DNA of 64,000 nt, taken from the NCBI GenBank assembly GCA_030704615.1, contig CM060732.1, positions 36,766,001 through 36,830,000 of the forward strand. Reading direction: 5' to 3'. The notes beneath the pieces were generated by a model, which saw nothing but the letters and a program-made list of their open reading frames with translations, was not told where the DNA came from and did no database searches. A program made the translations under genes and the position numbers. Positions 63,600 to 64,000 of the stretch are shown here, piece by piece. This DNA is from Takakia lepidozioides (Eukaryota; Plantae; Bryophyta). Numbering within the stretch: position 1 is the stretch's first letter; every line of letters starts with the position of its first letter.

Positions 63600-64000
63600 T
63601 CCACACGATTTGTGAAAACCCCAGATTCCACTCTCGTTCCAGTGTGTGATCATCAGGATTTTTCATGGGCCAGGATCGGCTCACATTCTTCTACCGAATC
63701 ATATATATACTTCCCATATGATTGTATGAACTTGATATACTTAGATGGAGAAGTTGGGACACTATTCAAATGGTAGCTGAGGTGAAGTTCGTCAGGGAGC
63801 CGCCCGCTTCTGAAGTGCAGAATTAAACATGGAATTTAAACTGAAGTAGCTACGGTGTGTTGGCTTTCCGCCCATACAGAAAAGTTGCTAACTTAGATTC
63901 TGTCTTTCTAGATGTTGCACTTCACCGTGGACATTTTTCATATAATTAGGAGAAGGATCGACCCGAATTTGTCCGTTATGCTACATGGATTCTCAGGACT

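Overview
Eukaryotic, intron-containing plant DNA. The TE inventory suggests a non-seed land plant (bryophyte, lycophyte or fern); this is inference. Only two host genes look intact: a 5-exon STP-family monosaccharide/H+ symporter (31591-33911, +) and a 3-exon alpha-expansin with an unusual ~175-aa N-terminal extension (61919-63599, +). There are also pseudogenes of PIG-V (GPI mannosyltransferase II), a RING-H2 protein and a trihelix/Myb-SANT protein. The rest is nested, decayed mobile DNA. (1) About 3.6-29 kb looks like one giant decayed DNA element. It is marked by at least 17 dispersed copies of a 24-bp palindrome, AAC(C/G)TCGACATTAATGTCGA(C/G)GTT. It carries a DUF7869/Sola-like transposase remnant, an En/Spm Tnp1-like domain, a ParB/Srx-like domain, two FCP1/NIF-like HAD domains and a Pol II CTD-like heptad ORF, and it is interrupted by a 5'-truncated chromovirus and other inserts. 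(2) About 44.8-53.8 kb is a Ty3/Gypsy element with a C5 cytosine methyltransferase domain between protease and RT, now scrambled. (3) A Naiad/Chlamys-like Penelope retroelement remnant lies at 42.6-44.8 kb. (4) There are three complete and one partial TTAA-flanked piggyBac-like non-autonomous elements, a Tourist-like MITE, a CACTA end and several tandem or hairpin repeat arrays. No rRNA, true tRNA or CRISPR array was seen. Family assignments come from motif recognition by eye, not from database searches.
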